A stretch of DNA of 18,223 nucleotides from Fidelibacterota bacterium (lineage in GTDB: Bacteria; Fidelibacterota; Marinisomatia; Marinisomatales; S15-B10): positions 13,070 to 31,292 of the forward strand of contig PBTS01000032.1 in assembly GCA_002729175.1 (NCBI GenBank), in the 5' to 3' direction. Positions 6,535-15,206 of this stretch are shown one piece after another. Positions within the stretch are counted from its first letter, which is position 1. Each line of letters opens with the position of its first letter. The notes beneath the pieces were generated by a model. It ran no database searches and was not told the DNA's origin. It saw only the letters and a program-made list of their open reading frames with translations. The translations under genes were made by a program, and so were the position numbers.

Positions 6535-9267
6535 TCAGTGTGCATGATACCAAGATTCACCGACGCCCCATTCTACCACCACCGGCACATCTAACGGTAA
6601 AGCATTTTCCATTTCTGACAACACTAGATCCTTAACATCATCTATCTCTTCATCAGGCACTTCAAACAGAAGTTCATCATGAATCTGAAGGATCATTTTT
6701 GTTTTAAAATTTTGTTCACGGAGCTTACCGTCAATATTGATCATAGCCAATTTAATCATTTCGGCGGCAGTCCCCTGAATAGGCATGTTAACGGTTGCTC
6801 GCTCAGCTGCACTTCGAACCCGTTGGTTACTGTCTACAATATCATGACAGTAACGCCGCCTCCCCAGCATAGTCTTAACATACTTCTCTTTTCTCGCAAA
6901 CGCCAATATCTCGTCAATGAACTGTTTAATACCGGCATACCGCTCAAAATATGAATCGATAATCTTTTTTGATTCATTCATGGGTATTCCCAGTTCCTGG
7001 GAAAGCCGGAAAGGACCGGCACCGTACATAACGCCAAAGTTGACTATCTTGGCAGTGCGCCGCATCTCAGATAAAACATCATCCACAGGAACACCGTAAA
7101 TATTTGCGGCAGTGTGCGCATGGATGTCTTCACCATCTTCAAAAGCAGCGCGTAGCATCACATCTCCACTGAGATGTGCCATAACGCGGAGCTCTATCTG
7201 TGAATAGTCAGCTGAAAAAAGTGTCCAACCTTTCTCTTGAGGGCGAAATGCTTTCCTTATTTCCCGACCTTCTTTAGTTCGGATAGGAATATTCTGGAAG
7301 TTGGGATTGCTGCTCGAAAGACGGCCAGTTGCAGCGACGGTCTGGTTAAATGACGAGTGGATGCGTCCAGTCTCAGGGTGAATCATTTCTGGTATGGCAT
7401 CTACATAGGTAGATTTCAATTTCTGGAACTTCCGGTAATCTAGAATTTTTTCTGGAAGAGGGTGCTGAGTTCTGAGTGACTCCAAAACATTTACATCTGT
7501 AGACCTTTTTCGAACTTGGGGAAGAGCCAGGTCATCAAACAAAACCGTGGCTAACTGTTGAGGGGAGTTGATGTTGAATTCAGTCCCCGCAAGATTGTAT
7601 ATGTCGGTTGAAAAACTGTCCAGGTGTCCCTCCATCCATTGAGACATCTCCCACATTATTTTCTGATCCACATATACGCCGTGATACTCCATATTAACCA
7701 GCGTCGGCAAAAGAGGTGCTTCAACATCAGTGTAAATCTTTCCAAGCGACACCTTTTCCAATTTTTCCTCAAAAATTGGAACCAACTGAAGACAGACATC
7801 GGCATCTTCAGCAGCATAGAAAGATATATCTTCCAAAGAAACTTCATCCATCCTTTTCTGACCTTTGCCTGAACCGATAAGCTCTGTGATGGGCTGCATG
7901 GTGTAACGCAAGTGTTCCTGGCTAAGGTAATCCAGTTTGTAGGAATGGGCTTCTGGACGGATAAGGTGAGCTGCAATCATGGTGTCAAATTGCACCCCCT
8001 TAACCTCGATGCCATGACGCTTCATAATCAGCATATCATACTTAATATTTTGACCGCACTTACTAAGAGATATATCTTCAAGGATGGGCTTGAGTTCGGC
8101 CAACACAGTTAACAGGTCGTCATTACCACCAAAAAGTGGTTTTTCTTTTTCAGGAAATAAAATAGGCAGATACCAACCGGCATCAGGCTTAATAGCAAAA
8201 CTAAAACCGACTATCTCGGCACGCATGGGATCGGTGCTGGTGGATTCCACATCAAAGGAAATCAGCTCGGCACCTTTAAGTGTTTTGACCAAAGTTTTAA
8301 GTTCCTTCGAACTTTCCACTGTGACAAAATCTTTCTCAACCTCTTCCACCATCTTGATATTCTCTTCACCCCTGAAGGCATCCAGCTGACTTTGAAGTCG
8401 GAAAAACTCCAGCTCCTGAAATAGCTGATCCATAGTCCCAAAATCGAACCGCCCCAATTCCATCTCTTCCACTTCGATGGGCAGATCAAGATCCGTTTTT
8501 ATGGTGACAAGTTCTCGCGACAGGTGCGCATCATCTACGCCTTGCGTCAACCCTTCCCGAACACGTTTATTCTTCACTTCTTCAGCATGTTTAAGGATAT
8601 TTTCGAAAGAGCCATATTCCTGTAAGAGTTTCACAGCTGTTTTCTGACCCACTCCCTGGACGCCAGGTACATTATCAGAACTGTCTCCCATGAGTCCTAG
8701 CAAATCTATTATTCGTTCCGGCGGCACACCCCACTTCTCTTCCACCTCCAAAGGACCATAGATAATTGACTCGCCACTCTTACCAGGTGCATGCATAAGA
8801 ATCTGATCAGTGATAAGCTGCATAAAGTCTTTGTCGCCACTAATGATACGGCACTCCAAACCCGCAGCTCGTGCCTTCATCGCCAGCGTGCCGATAATGT
8901 CATCAGCTTCATAACCTGCCATCTCCAGTCGGGGAATATTCATGGCTTCAATCAATTTCCACATATAGGGGAGTTGTTCTCGAAGTTCATCCGGCATCTT
9001 TTCCCGGGTAGCTTTGTATTCCGGATACATCTTATGACGAAATGTTTTCTCTTTGCAATCGAAGACGGCTGCAAGGTAATCTGGAGATTCATCTCTCAAC
9101 AGTTTAAACAGAGAGTTAATGAACCCAAAAAGAGCGCTGGTGTGTCGTCCATCGGAAGTGATTAGAGGGCTTCTAATCATGGCAAAATGAGCCCGATAAA
9201 CCATGGCATAACCATCTATGAGGAAGAGCCGCTTCTTTCTGGACGAGGGCACGGGATAAGTTATCAC
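6535..9267 (-). CDS. polA: DNA polymerase I (5'-3' exonuclease, 3'-5' exonuclease and polymerase domains)
   Basis: LFLIDG and EADD 5'-nuclease motifs; ExoI FDVES, ExoII NIKYD, ExoIII YAAEDAD; motif A DYSQIELR, B AKIVNFGVMYG, C IHDELLFE. The true start may be GTG 9252. Confidence 0.98.
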   Translation of the reverse strand: MITYPVPSSRKKRLFLIDGYAMVYRAHFAMIRSPLITSDGRHTSALFGFINSLFKLLRDESPDYLAAVFDCKEKTFRHKMYPEYKATREKMPDELREQLPYMWKLIEAMNIPRLEMAGYEADDIIGTLAMKARAAGLECRIISGDKDFMQLITDQILMHAPGKSGESIIYGPLEVEEKWGVPPERIIDLLGLMGDSSDNVPGVQGVGQKTAVKLLQEYGSFENILKHAEEVKNKRVREGLTQGVDDAHLSRELVTIKTDLDLPIEVEEMELGRFDFGTMDQLFQELEFFRLQSQLDAFRGEENIKMVEEVEKDFVTVESSKELKTLVKTLKGAELISFDVESTSTDPMRAEIVGFSFAIKPDAGWYLPILFPEKEKPLFGGNDDLLTVLAELKPILEDISLSKCGQNIKYDMLIMKRHGIEVKGVQFDTMIAAHLIRPEAHSYKLDYLSQEHLRYTMQPITELIGSGKGQKRMDEVSLEDISFYAAEDADVCLQLVPIFEEKLEKVSLGKIYTDVEAPLLPTLVNMEYHGVYVDQKIMWEMSQWMEGHLDSFSTDIYNLAGTEFNINSPQQLATVLFDDLALPQVRKRSTDVNVLESLRTQHPLPEKILDYRKFQKLKSTYVDAIPEMIHPETGRIHSSFNQTVAATGRLSSSNPNFQNIPIRTKEGREIRKAFRPQEKGWTLFSADYSQIELRVMAHLSGDVMLRAAFEDGEDIHAHTAANIYGVPVDDVLSEMRRTAKIVNFGVMYGAGPFRLSQELGIPMNESKKIIDSYFERYAGIKQFIDEILAFARKEKYVKTMLGRRRYCHDIVDSNQRVRSAAERATVNMPIQGTAAEMIKLAMINIDGKLREQNFKTKMILQIHDELLFEVPDEEIDDVKDLVLSEMENALPLDVPVVVEWGVGESWYHAH

Positions 9268-9287
9268 GGGCGGGCGGCAGGCATCAA
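9258..9287 (-). promoter_or_regulatory. candidate sigma70-type promoter for the polA operon (TTGATG-N18-TAACTT with extended -10 TG)
   Basis: Minus strand reads TTGATG (9287-9282), then an 18-nt spacer ending in TGA, then TAACTT (9263-9258), then 5 nt to GTG 9252. Confidence 0.35.
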
Positions 9288-9392
9288 TTGAATTCTAGGA
9301 AAATCCCGAATGTCAATTAATCAGTAGCCTAACACCTGTCACATCGCTTAATATCTGCATCTTTCACTTTTTCAAAAAGGACAAACAAACTG

Positions 9393-10385
9393 ATGGAATA
9401 CAAATTGTTAGGTAACACTGGTATTGAAGTGTCTCAGCTTTGTCTGGGTACAATGACTTTTGGCGGTCCCGCCGATGAAAAAGAATCAGCCAAAATGTTC
9501 AACCAAAGTCGGGACGCAGGAATCAATTTTTTCGACTGTGCTAACGTCTACGAAAAAGGATGCTCAGAGGAAATTCTAGGTAAGCTTATTGCCGACTGTC
9601 GGGAAGAAGTGGTCATTACGAGTAAAGTCTATTTTCCCACCGGTGAACATGTGAATGCACGAGGCGCCACACGAAAACATATGAAGACCGCTGTGGAAGC
9701 TAGCCTCAACCGTCTTGGCACCGACTACATAGATATTTATTTCATACACCGTTTCGATGATCTCACTCCACTGGAAGAAACTCTCCGGGCACTGGATGAT
9801 CTGGTTCAGGCAGGAAAATTGCTTTATCTGGGTGCCAGCAATTTTGCTGCCTGGCAAGTGGCCAAGGCGTTAGGAATTTCAGCCAGACATGGTTGGAACA
9901 GGTTCGAGTGCATTCAACCCATGTATAATCTTGTGAAACGGCAAGCGGAAGTGGAGATGCTCCCCATGGCTCATTCTGAAAATGTGAGCGTCATCAGCTA
10001 TTCTCCACTGGGTGGTGGTCTATTGACTGGAAAATACACCAAAAGTCAAAAACCCAGTGAAGGACGTCTACTGGAGAATAAAATGTATGAGGAGCGCTAT
10101 GGTGATCCCCAACTGTACAGTGTGGCTGAGGCTTTTGCTGACTTCGCTCATAAACAGGGTGTCTCGCCTGTTTCTTTGGCAGTGGCTTGGGTCGGTGCTC
10201 ACAAAGCCATCACAGCACCCATCATTGGTGGCAGAAATGTCCAGCAGCTGGAATCGTCTCTTCAATCTGTAGAAATTGAAATGACCGATGAACTCCGAGC
10301 CGAGATATCAGCCCTTTCGCCTAAACCACCTCCTGCAACTGACCGGAACGAAGAGGCAACAGAGCACAATTACGGTGTGAGGTAG
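9393..10385 (+). CDS. aldo/keto reductase (NADP-dependent, Tas/YajO-like)
   Basis: LCLGTMTFG, catalytic tetrad contexts FDCANVY / TSK / IHRFD, GASN, YSPLGGGLLTGKY; AAGGA SD-like sequence at 9377-9381. Confidence 0.92.
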   Translation: MEYKLLGNTGIEVSQLCLGTMTFGGPADEKESAKMFNQSRDAGINFFDCANVYEKGCSEEILGKLIADCREEVVITSKVYFPTGEHVNARGATRKHMKTAVEASLNRLGTDYIDIYFIHRFDDLTPLEETLRALDDLVQAGKLLYLGASNFAAWQVAKALGISARHGWNRFECIQPMYNLVKRQAEVEMLPMAHSENVSVISYSPLGGGLLTGKYTKSQKPSEGRLLENKMYEERYGDPQLYSVAEAFADFAHKQGVSPVSLAVAWVGAHKAITAPIIGGRNVQQLESSLQSVEIEMTDELRAEISALSPKPPPATDRNEEATEHNYGVR

Positions 10386-10456
10386 TCAGTCAGAATGTCG
10401 TAAGGCAGTCGCATTTTTTTCAAGTGTTCCAGTATTGGCAATAAATTGAATAGTTC

Positions 10457-13400
10457 ATGAAGATCGATCGTCATCCCCGCCCCACCTTTTCCGTTGAAGA
10501 TGCCAACCGAGCCGCAGACACTGTTTTCGGAATTAAAGGGGAAGTCTTGGAACTTGCCGGTGAAAGGGACAGAAACTTTCTAATCACTAACCAAAAAAAT
10601 GAGAAGTATGTCCTGAAAGTATGCAATCCCGCCGACAGTGATGATGTGATCGATTTTCAGAACCAGTTACTCAGTCATCTCTCTTCCATAAACAACCAGT
10701 GGCAATGGCCGCTGCCCCTACCTGATCAAAATGGTTCCCTAATTGGCTATACACATAACAGCGATAATGAAAAAATAAGGATCAGACTCCTCACCTTTGT
10801 GGACGGCATTTTTCTGGCCGATTATTACCCCCATTCATCCTATCTCATGGGGCAACTCGGCCGATTCCTTGGCAAAGTGACTCAGTCGTTTTCTGACTTC
10901 ACCCATCCAGCCATGGAGCGGAAACTGTTCTGGGATATGAAAAACGGCATCGGTCTTATCCGTGAACATGTTGATGAAATCAATGACAGTAAGCGGGAAG
11001 ATATTGTTCACCATTTCCTCAGTATTATTGAAAATGCCCTGCTCCCCGTTCAAGATGACCTCCGGACAGGTGTTATTTACAACGATGCCAATGATCATAA
11101 CATACTGGTCAAATCCGATGCAAACGGAAAAGGTGCAATTGTGGGTGCCATCGATGTAGGTGATTCCGTCCACTCCTGGCTGGTCGCTGAACCAGCAGTA
11201 GCATGCGCTTACGCAATGTTGAACAAGCCAGATCCCTTGGCCACCGCCAGGGAAATCACCTGTTCCTACCATAATACCTTTCCCTTAACTGAGGAGGAGA
11301 TATCAGTCCTGTTTGCCCTTTCCTGTTTGAGATCTTGCATGACAGTAACTATCGCAGCCCACCAAAAATCACTGGAGCCGGAGAATGCTTACCTCTCTGT
11401 CAGTGAAGCATCGGCATGGCAGCTGCTTGGAATGCTTAAGATAATATCACCGGAGTTTGCCCATTTTTCTTTCAGGCACGCATGCGGGTTAGAGCCGTCG
11501 CCTTCTACTACTCACCTTGTTCAATGGATAAATGAACATAAGGGTCAGTTTTCAAAAGTAGTTAACCTCGATCTTAATACTAGCCAAGTAAGAACAGTTG
11601 ACCTCTCCGTCGGTAGCCTGGACCTGACGAACGGTGTCTGGAAAAACATGGAAGCTTTGACTGAAATCATCGGTACTCCCGCACTGGGCAGGTATGATGA
11701 ACCCCGAATGATCTACACTTTTGATCAGTTCCGTACCGTTGGTAACAACAGTGATGAATGGAGAACCATTCACTTGGGGATCGATATCTTTCTACGAGCA
11801 GGGTCCTCGATCTTTTCTCCCTTGGTAGGTGTAGTTCATTCTGTGAAAGACAATGAGGGGAATCTGGACTACGGCCCTACGGTCATTCTGAAACATTCTC
11901 CCGAGGAGAAAGTTCACTTTTTCACCCTCTACGGCCATCTGAGTCGGGATGTTATAAAGTCTTTGAAAAAAGGCGACACCGTTTTAGCTGGTAGTCAGAT
12001 TGGACAAATCGGAAATGAGAGCGAAAACGGTGGCTGGTCACCTCACCTTCATTTTCAGGTGATGACAAACTGTTTGAATTATTCTGGCGATTTTCCCGGT
12101 GTAACCAAACCATCCGAGCGAAACATATGGCTCAGCATTTCCCCCGATCCCTCACCCCTTTTGGCCATTGAAAATGACAAAGCAGTTGCGAGAGAGGAAT
12201 CTCCGGAAGAAATCTCAGACTCTCGGCATTGTCACTTAGGCCCCATGCTGAGCCTTTCTTATCAGACACCACTAAAGATCGTACGGGGCTGGCTGCAGTA
12301 TCTTTTCGATCACGAAGGACGAAAATATTTGGACGGGGTGAACAATGTACCTCACGTTGGTCACTCCCATCCCAAAGTTGTAGAGGCGATCCAGAAACAG
12401 ACTGCCGTATTGAACACTAACACGCGATATCTCCATGAAAATATTACCCGACTGGCTGAACGAATCACCGACACCTTGCCTGAAACGCTTTCTGTATGTT
12501 TCTTTGTGAACAGCGGCAGCGAAGCCAACGATTTGGCTCTTCGGATGGCACATGCTCACACAGGCGGCGAAAATGTGATCACGGTAGAAGGGGGCTATCA
12601 CGGCCATCTCATTTCACTTATTGATGTTAGTCCTTACAAGTTTGACGGACTTGGTGGTAAAGGATTGGCTGATCATGTTGAGATGGTTCCCATGCCTGAC
12701 GGCTATCGGGGCGAATACAAATACAAGGAACCGAATCTGGGAGAACGGTATGCAGATAAAGTGGAAGATGCCGTGAATAAAATCAAAAACAAAAGTGAAA
12801 AGTTGTCCGCTTTCATTAGTGAGTCAATGATTAGCAGTGGTGGACTGGTTATTCCACCCGAAAATTATCTCGCCACTGCTTATGAACATGTTCGCAAGGC
12901 CGGCGGCGTCTGCATTGCCGATGAGGTGGTGGTGGGATTCGGTCGGGTGGGTAGTCATTTCTGGGGGTTTGAAACCCAAGCGGTGGTTCCAGACATTGTG
13001 ACGCTTGGCAAACCCATGGGTAACGGCCACCCCATCGCCGCGGTGGTGACCACCCCTGAAATTGCCACCTCTTTCAACACAGGCATGGAATATTTTAACA
13101 CTTACGGCGGCAACCCAGTTTCTTGTTCTGCCGCACTGGCAGTCTTGGATGTTCTGCATGAAGAAAAACTTCAAGAGAATGCTGCTGTAGTTGGAAAATT
13201 TCTGATTGCACGTCTCAAATCCTTTCAAGAAGAATTCCCTATCATTGGAGACGTTCGGGGAAGCGGCTTTTTCATAGGGGTGGAATTGGTGAAAAACCGC
13301 GATTCACTGGAACCGGCGCCAGAGCACGCCAGTTACGTGACAGAACGGATGAAGGAGCAAGGAATTCTCATCTCAACTGACGGAATAAGACACAACGTTC

Positions 13401-13495
13401 TGAAGATCAGGCCGCCCATGGTCTTTACCCAAAGGAACGCAGAACTTTTGGTAAGCACCATGAATGATGTGCTCCAAGACAGTTTTTTCCAATAA
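10457..13495 (+). CDS. tri-domain protein: APH/hydroxylysine-kinase-like phosphotransferase + M23 metallopeptidase + class III PLP enzyme (ETNPPL/PHYKPL-like phospho-lyase)
   Basis: Kinase: [25 protein letters not shown]23: HLGID (11771-11785), YGHL, PHLHF (His at 12044 and 12050). PLP domain: [39 protein letters not shown] (Lys 13010-13012), NTYGGNP, LKIRPP. Confidence 0.88.
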   Translation: MKIDRHPRPTFSVEDANRAADTVFGIKGEVLELAGERDRNFLITNQKNEKYVLKVCNPADSDDVIDFQNQLLSHLSSINNQWQWPLPLPDQNGSLIGYTHNSDNEKIRIRLLTFVDGIFLADYYPHSSYLMGQLGRFLGKVTQSFSDFTHPAMERKLFWDMKNGIGLIREHVDEINDSKREDIVHHFLSIIENALLPVQDDLRTGVIYNDANDHNILVKSDANGKGAIVGAIDVGDSVHSWLVAEPAVACAYAMLNKPDPLATAREITCSYHNTFPLTEEEISVLFALSCLRSCMTVTIAAHQKSLEPENAYLSVSEASAWQLLGMLKIISPEFAHFSFRHACGLEPSPSTTHLVQWINEHKGQFSKVVNLDLNTSQVRTVDLSVGSLDLTNGVWKNMEALTEIIGTPALGRYDEPRMIYTFDQFRTVGNNSDEWRTIHLGIDIFLRAGSSIFSPLVGVVHSVKDNEGNLDYGPTVILKHSPEEKVHFFTLYGHLSRDVIKSLKKGDTVLAGSQIGQIGNESENGGWSPHLHFQVMTNCLNYSGDFPGVTKPSERNIWLSISPDPSPLLAIENDKAVAREESPEEISDSRHCHLGPMLSLSYQTPLKIVRGWLQYLFDHEGRKYLDGVNNVPHVGHSHPKVVEAIQKQTAVLNTNTRYLHENITRLAERITDTLPETLSVCFFVNSGSEANDLALRMAHAHTGGENVITVEGGYHGHLISLIDVSPYKFDGLGGKGLADHVEMVPMPDGYRGEYKYKEPNLGERYADKVEDAVNKIKNKSEKLSAFISESMISSGGLVIPPENYLATAYEHVRKAGGVCIADEVVVGFGRVGSHFWGFETQAVVPDIVTLGKPMGNGHPIAAVVTTPEIATSFNTGMEYFNTYGGNPVSCSAALAVLDVLHEEKLQENAAVVGKFLIARLKSFQEEFPIIGDVRGSGFFIGVELVKNRDSLEPAPEHASYVTERMKEQGILISTDGIRHNVLKIRPPMVFTQRNAELLVSTMNDVLQDSFFQ

Positions 13496-13618
13496 GAGTC
13501 AACATTTCATCCTGAATGTTCCTTTTGCGTTTACTCTCTATTTTACGTGGTGTAAATTTGTAGTGTACTGAGACTCTTATTTTAATTTATACTAAACTGA
13601 AAATAGATGGAGGCAATT

Positions 13619-14218
13619 ATGAGCCAACCTTTCTCTCTACCTGACTTACCTTTTGATGAAAATGCCCTTGCACCCACTATATCTGCCCAAACGGTGGGTC
13701 TCCACTATGGTAAACATCATGCTGCATATTTCAATATGCTAAACACCCTTTCAGAAGGGACGGATTTTGCCGACATGGAGCTTGAAAATGTGGTGAAAGG
13801 CAGTTTCGGTAATGCCGACACACAAAAGGTTTTCAATAACGCAGGCCAGGCATGGAACCATATTCTTTACTGGAACCAGATGCAACCCGGCGGAGCTGAT
13901 GAACCGACAGGACGACTGGCCTCCATGATAGACGGCGCCTTCGGCGACATGGACTCATTCAAAGATCAGTTCACCACCGCATCTGTGGGCGTCTTCGGCA
14001 GTGGCTGGTGCTGGCTCGTTGAAGAGGACGGCGGTTTAGCTATTATGGGAACACCCAATGCGGAAAATCCCCTTGCCCATGGGAAACATGCCCTCATGGG
14101 AGTTGATGTATGGGAACACGCCTATTACCTCGATTACCAAAATCTTAGGGCAAACCATGTGAAGGCTGTGCTAAACAACCTGATCAACTGGGACTTTGTT
14201 GCTGACAGATTGAGCTGA
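13619..14218 (+). CDS. sodB: superoxide dismutase, Fe/Mn family, Fe-type signature
   Basis: HYGKHH, NNAGQAWNH (Gln position typical of Fe-SOD), GSGW, TPNAENP (not NQD) and DVWEHAYY. GGAGG at 13609-13613 favours ATG 13619 over 13607. Confidence 0.9.
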   Translation: MSQPFSLPDLPFDENALAPTISAQTVGLHYGKHHAAYFNMLNTLSEGTDFADMELENVVKGSFGNADTQKVFNNAGQAWNHILYWNQMQPGGADEPTGRLASMIDGAFGDMDSFKDQFTTASVGVFGSGWCWLVEEDGGLAIMGTPNAENPLAHGKHALMGVDVWEHAYYLDYQNLRANHVKAVLNNLINWDFVADRLS

Positions 14219-14240
14219 AGTCCACATGAGTCTTTATCAT

Positions 14241-14273
14241 AAATCCTCGGGGTTGAACCCCGAGGATTTTTAT
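14241..14273 (+). terminator. intrinsic terminator between the convergent sodB and ppk2 genes, possibly bidirectional
   Basis: Perfect inverted repeat aaatcctcggggtt (14241-14254) / aaccccgaggattt (14256-14269) followed by a T-rich tract. Confidence 0.85.
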
Positions 14274-14288
14274 ATTCTTAAATAATAA

Positions 14289-15074
14289 TTACAATATCTC
14301 GGGAACGTAATTATATATAGAGCGCGGTGGTCGATCGGTGTTTTTTTGCTGAACGCGCTCCGGGAGTGATACTTCCGAATGTTCTACTTCTTCGAACTCA
14401 ATTTGGCTTAACAGATGCCTGATGCAGTTGATCCGGGCCTTCTTCTTGTTATCTGATTCAACTACATACCATGGCGAGAATTGGGTATCTGTGTGTTCAA
14501 ACATATTATCCTTGGCCTGAGAATAATCGTCCCATCGCTTTACAGACTCCAAATCCATGGGACTTAGTTTCCACCCTTTGGTTGGGTCTTCGACCCGGCC
14601 TTTGAACCGTTTCATCTGTTCTTTTGAACTGACGGAAAACCAGTACTTGATTAGTTGGATACCGGAACTGATGATCATACGCTCAAATTCAGGACAGGTC
14701 TGCAAAAAATTGATGTACTCTTTTTCCGTACAAAAACCCATAACACGCTCCACTCCGGAACGATTGTACCAGCTTCTATCAAAAATGACAATCTCACCCC
14801 CGGCAGGCAGATAAGGAACATAACGCTGGAAATACCACTGTGTCTTTTCTCTTTCCGTTGGCGCAGCCAAGGCGATAACTTTACAGTACCGAGGATTTAA
14901 GTGTTCTGTGATCCGTTTTATGGTGCCTCCCTTTCCAGCTGCATCCCTGCCCTCAAAAATGACAGCAATTTTTTTACCACTGTCTATGACCCATTCCTGC
15001 ATTTGAACCAATTCTATCTGCAATTCGCTGAGCAGTTCCTCATATTTCTCGTTGAAGTCTTTTTTATTACTCAT
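14289..15074 (-). CDS. ppk2: polyphosphate kinase 2 (single-domain, class I-like)
   Basis: Walker A EGRDAAGKGG, QWYFQRY, Walker B FDRSWYNR, WKLSPMD; 261 aa. Confidence 0.95.
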   Translation of the reverse strand: MSNKKDFNEKYEELLSELQIELVQMQEWVIDSGKKIAVIFEGRDAAGKGGTIKRITEHLNPRYCKVIALAAPTEREKTQWYFQRYVPYLPAGGEIVIFDRSWYNRSGVERVMGFCTEKEYINFLQTCPEFERMIISSGIQLIKYWFSVSSKEQMKRFKGRVEDPTKGWKLSPMDLESVKRWDDYSQAKDNMFEHTDTQFSPWYVVESDNKKKARINCIRHLLSQIEFEEVEHSEVSLPERVQQKNTDRPPRSIYNYVPEIL

Positions 15075-15110
15075 AAGACACCATAATAACTTTCATCTCT
15101 ATTAAACAAA

Positions 15111-15133
15111 TTGTAGCCACGATATGGCTACAA
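15111..15133. repeat. perfect 9-bp inverted repeat TTGTAGCCA-N5-TGGCTACAA (terminator of the M1 gene or operator of ppk2)
   Basis: Arms at 15111-15119 and 15125-15133; followed on the minus strand by TTTGTTT. Confidence 0.6.
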
Positions 15134-15206
15134 AACAAGATTTACAATGACATAAATGATTGAAGCCTCATTTTCATCACGTAGAAGACACACCATAAAA
15201 GGTTAA

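Noticed and set aside
6535..9267. Intein or inactivated proofreading domain in polA
   Set aside because: The length is normal (~905-910 aa) and the ExoI/II/III acidic residues are present.
9264..9284. Mini-ORF MPAARP* on the minus strand whose TGA overlaps GTG 9267
   Set aside because: It has only six codons and coincides with the better-supported promoter spacer. It cannot be distinguished from chance without ribosome profiling.
9292..9316. Minus-strand TTGACA (9316-9311) and TAGAAT (9297-9292)
   Set aside because: The spacer is only 13 nt, too short for a sigma70 promoter pair.
10394..10420. Possible terminator after the aldo/keto reductase (aatgtcg...cgcatt plus T-run)
   Set aside because: The stem is short and interrupted, so it is not convincing.
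13575..13606. Fur/PerR/Irr box upstream of sodB
   Set aside because: The region is AT-rich but has no adequate match to the palindromic consensus sequences.
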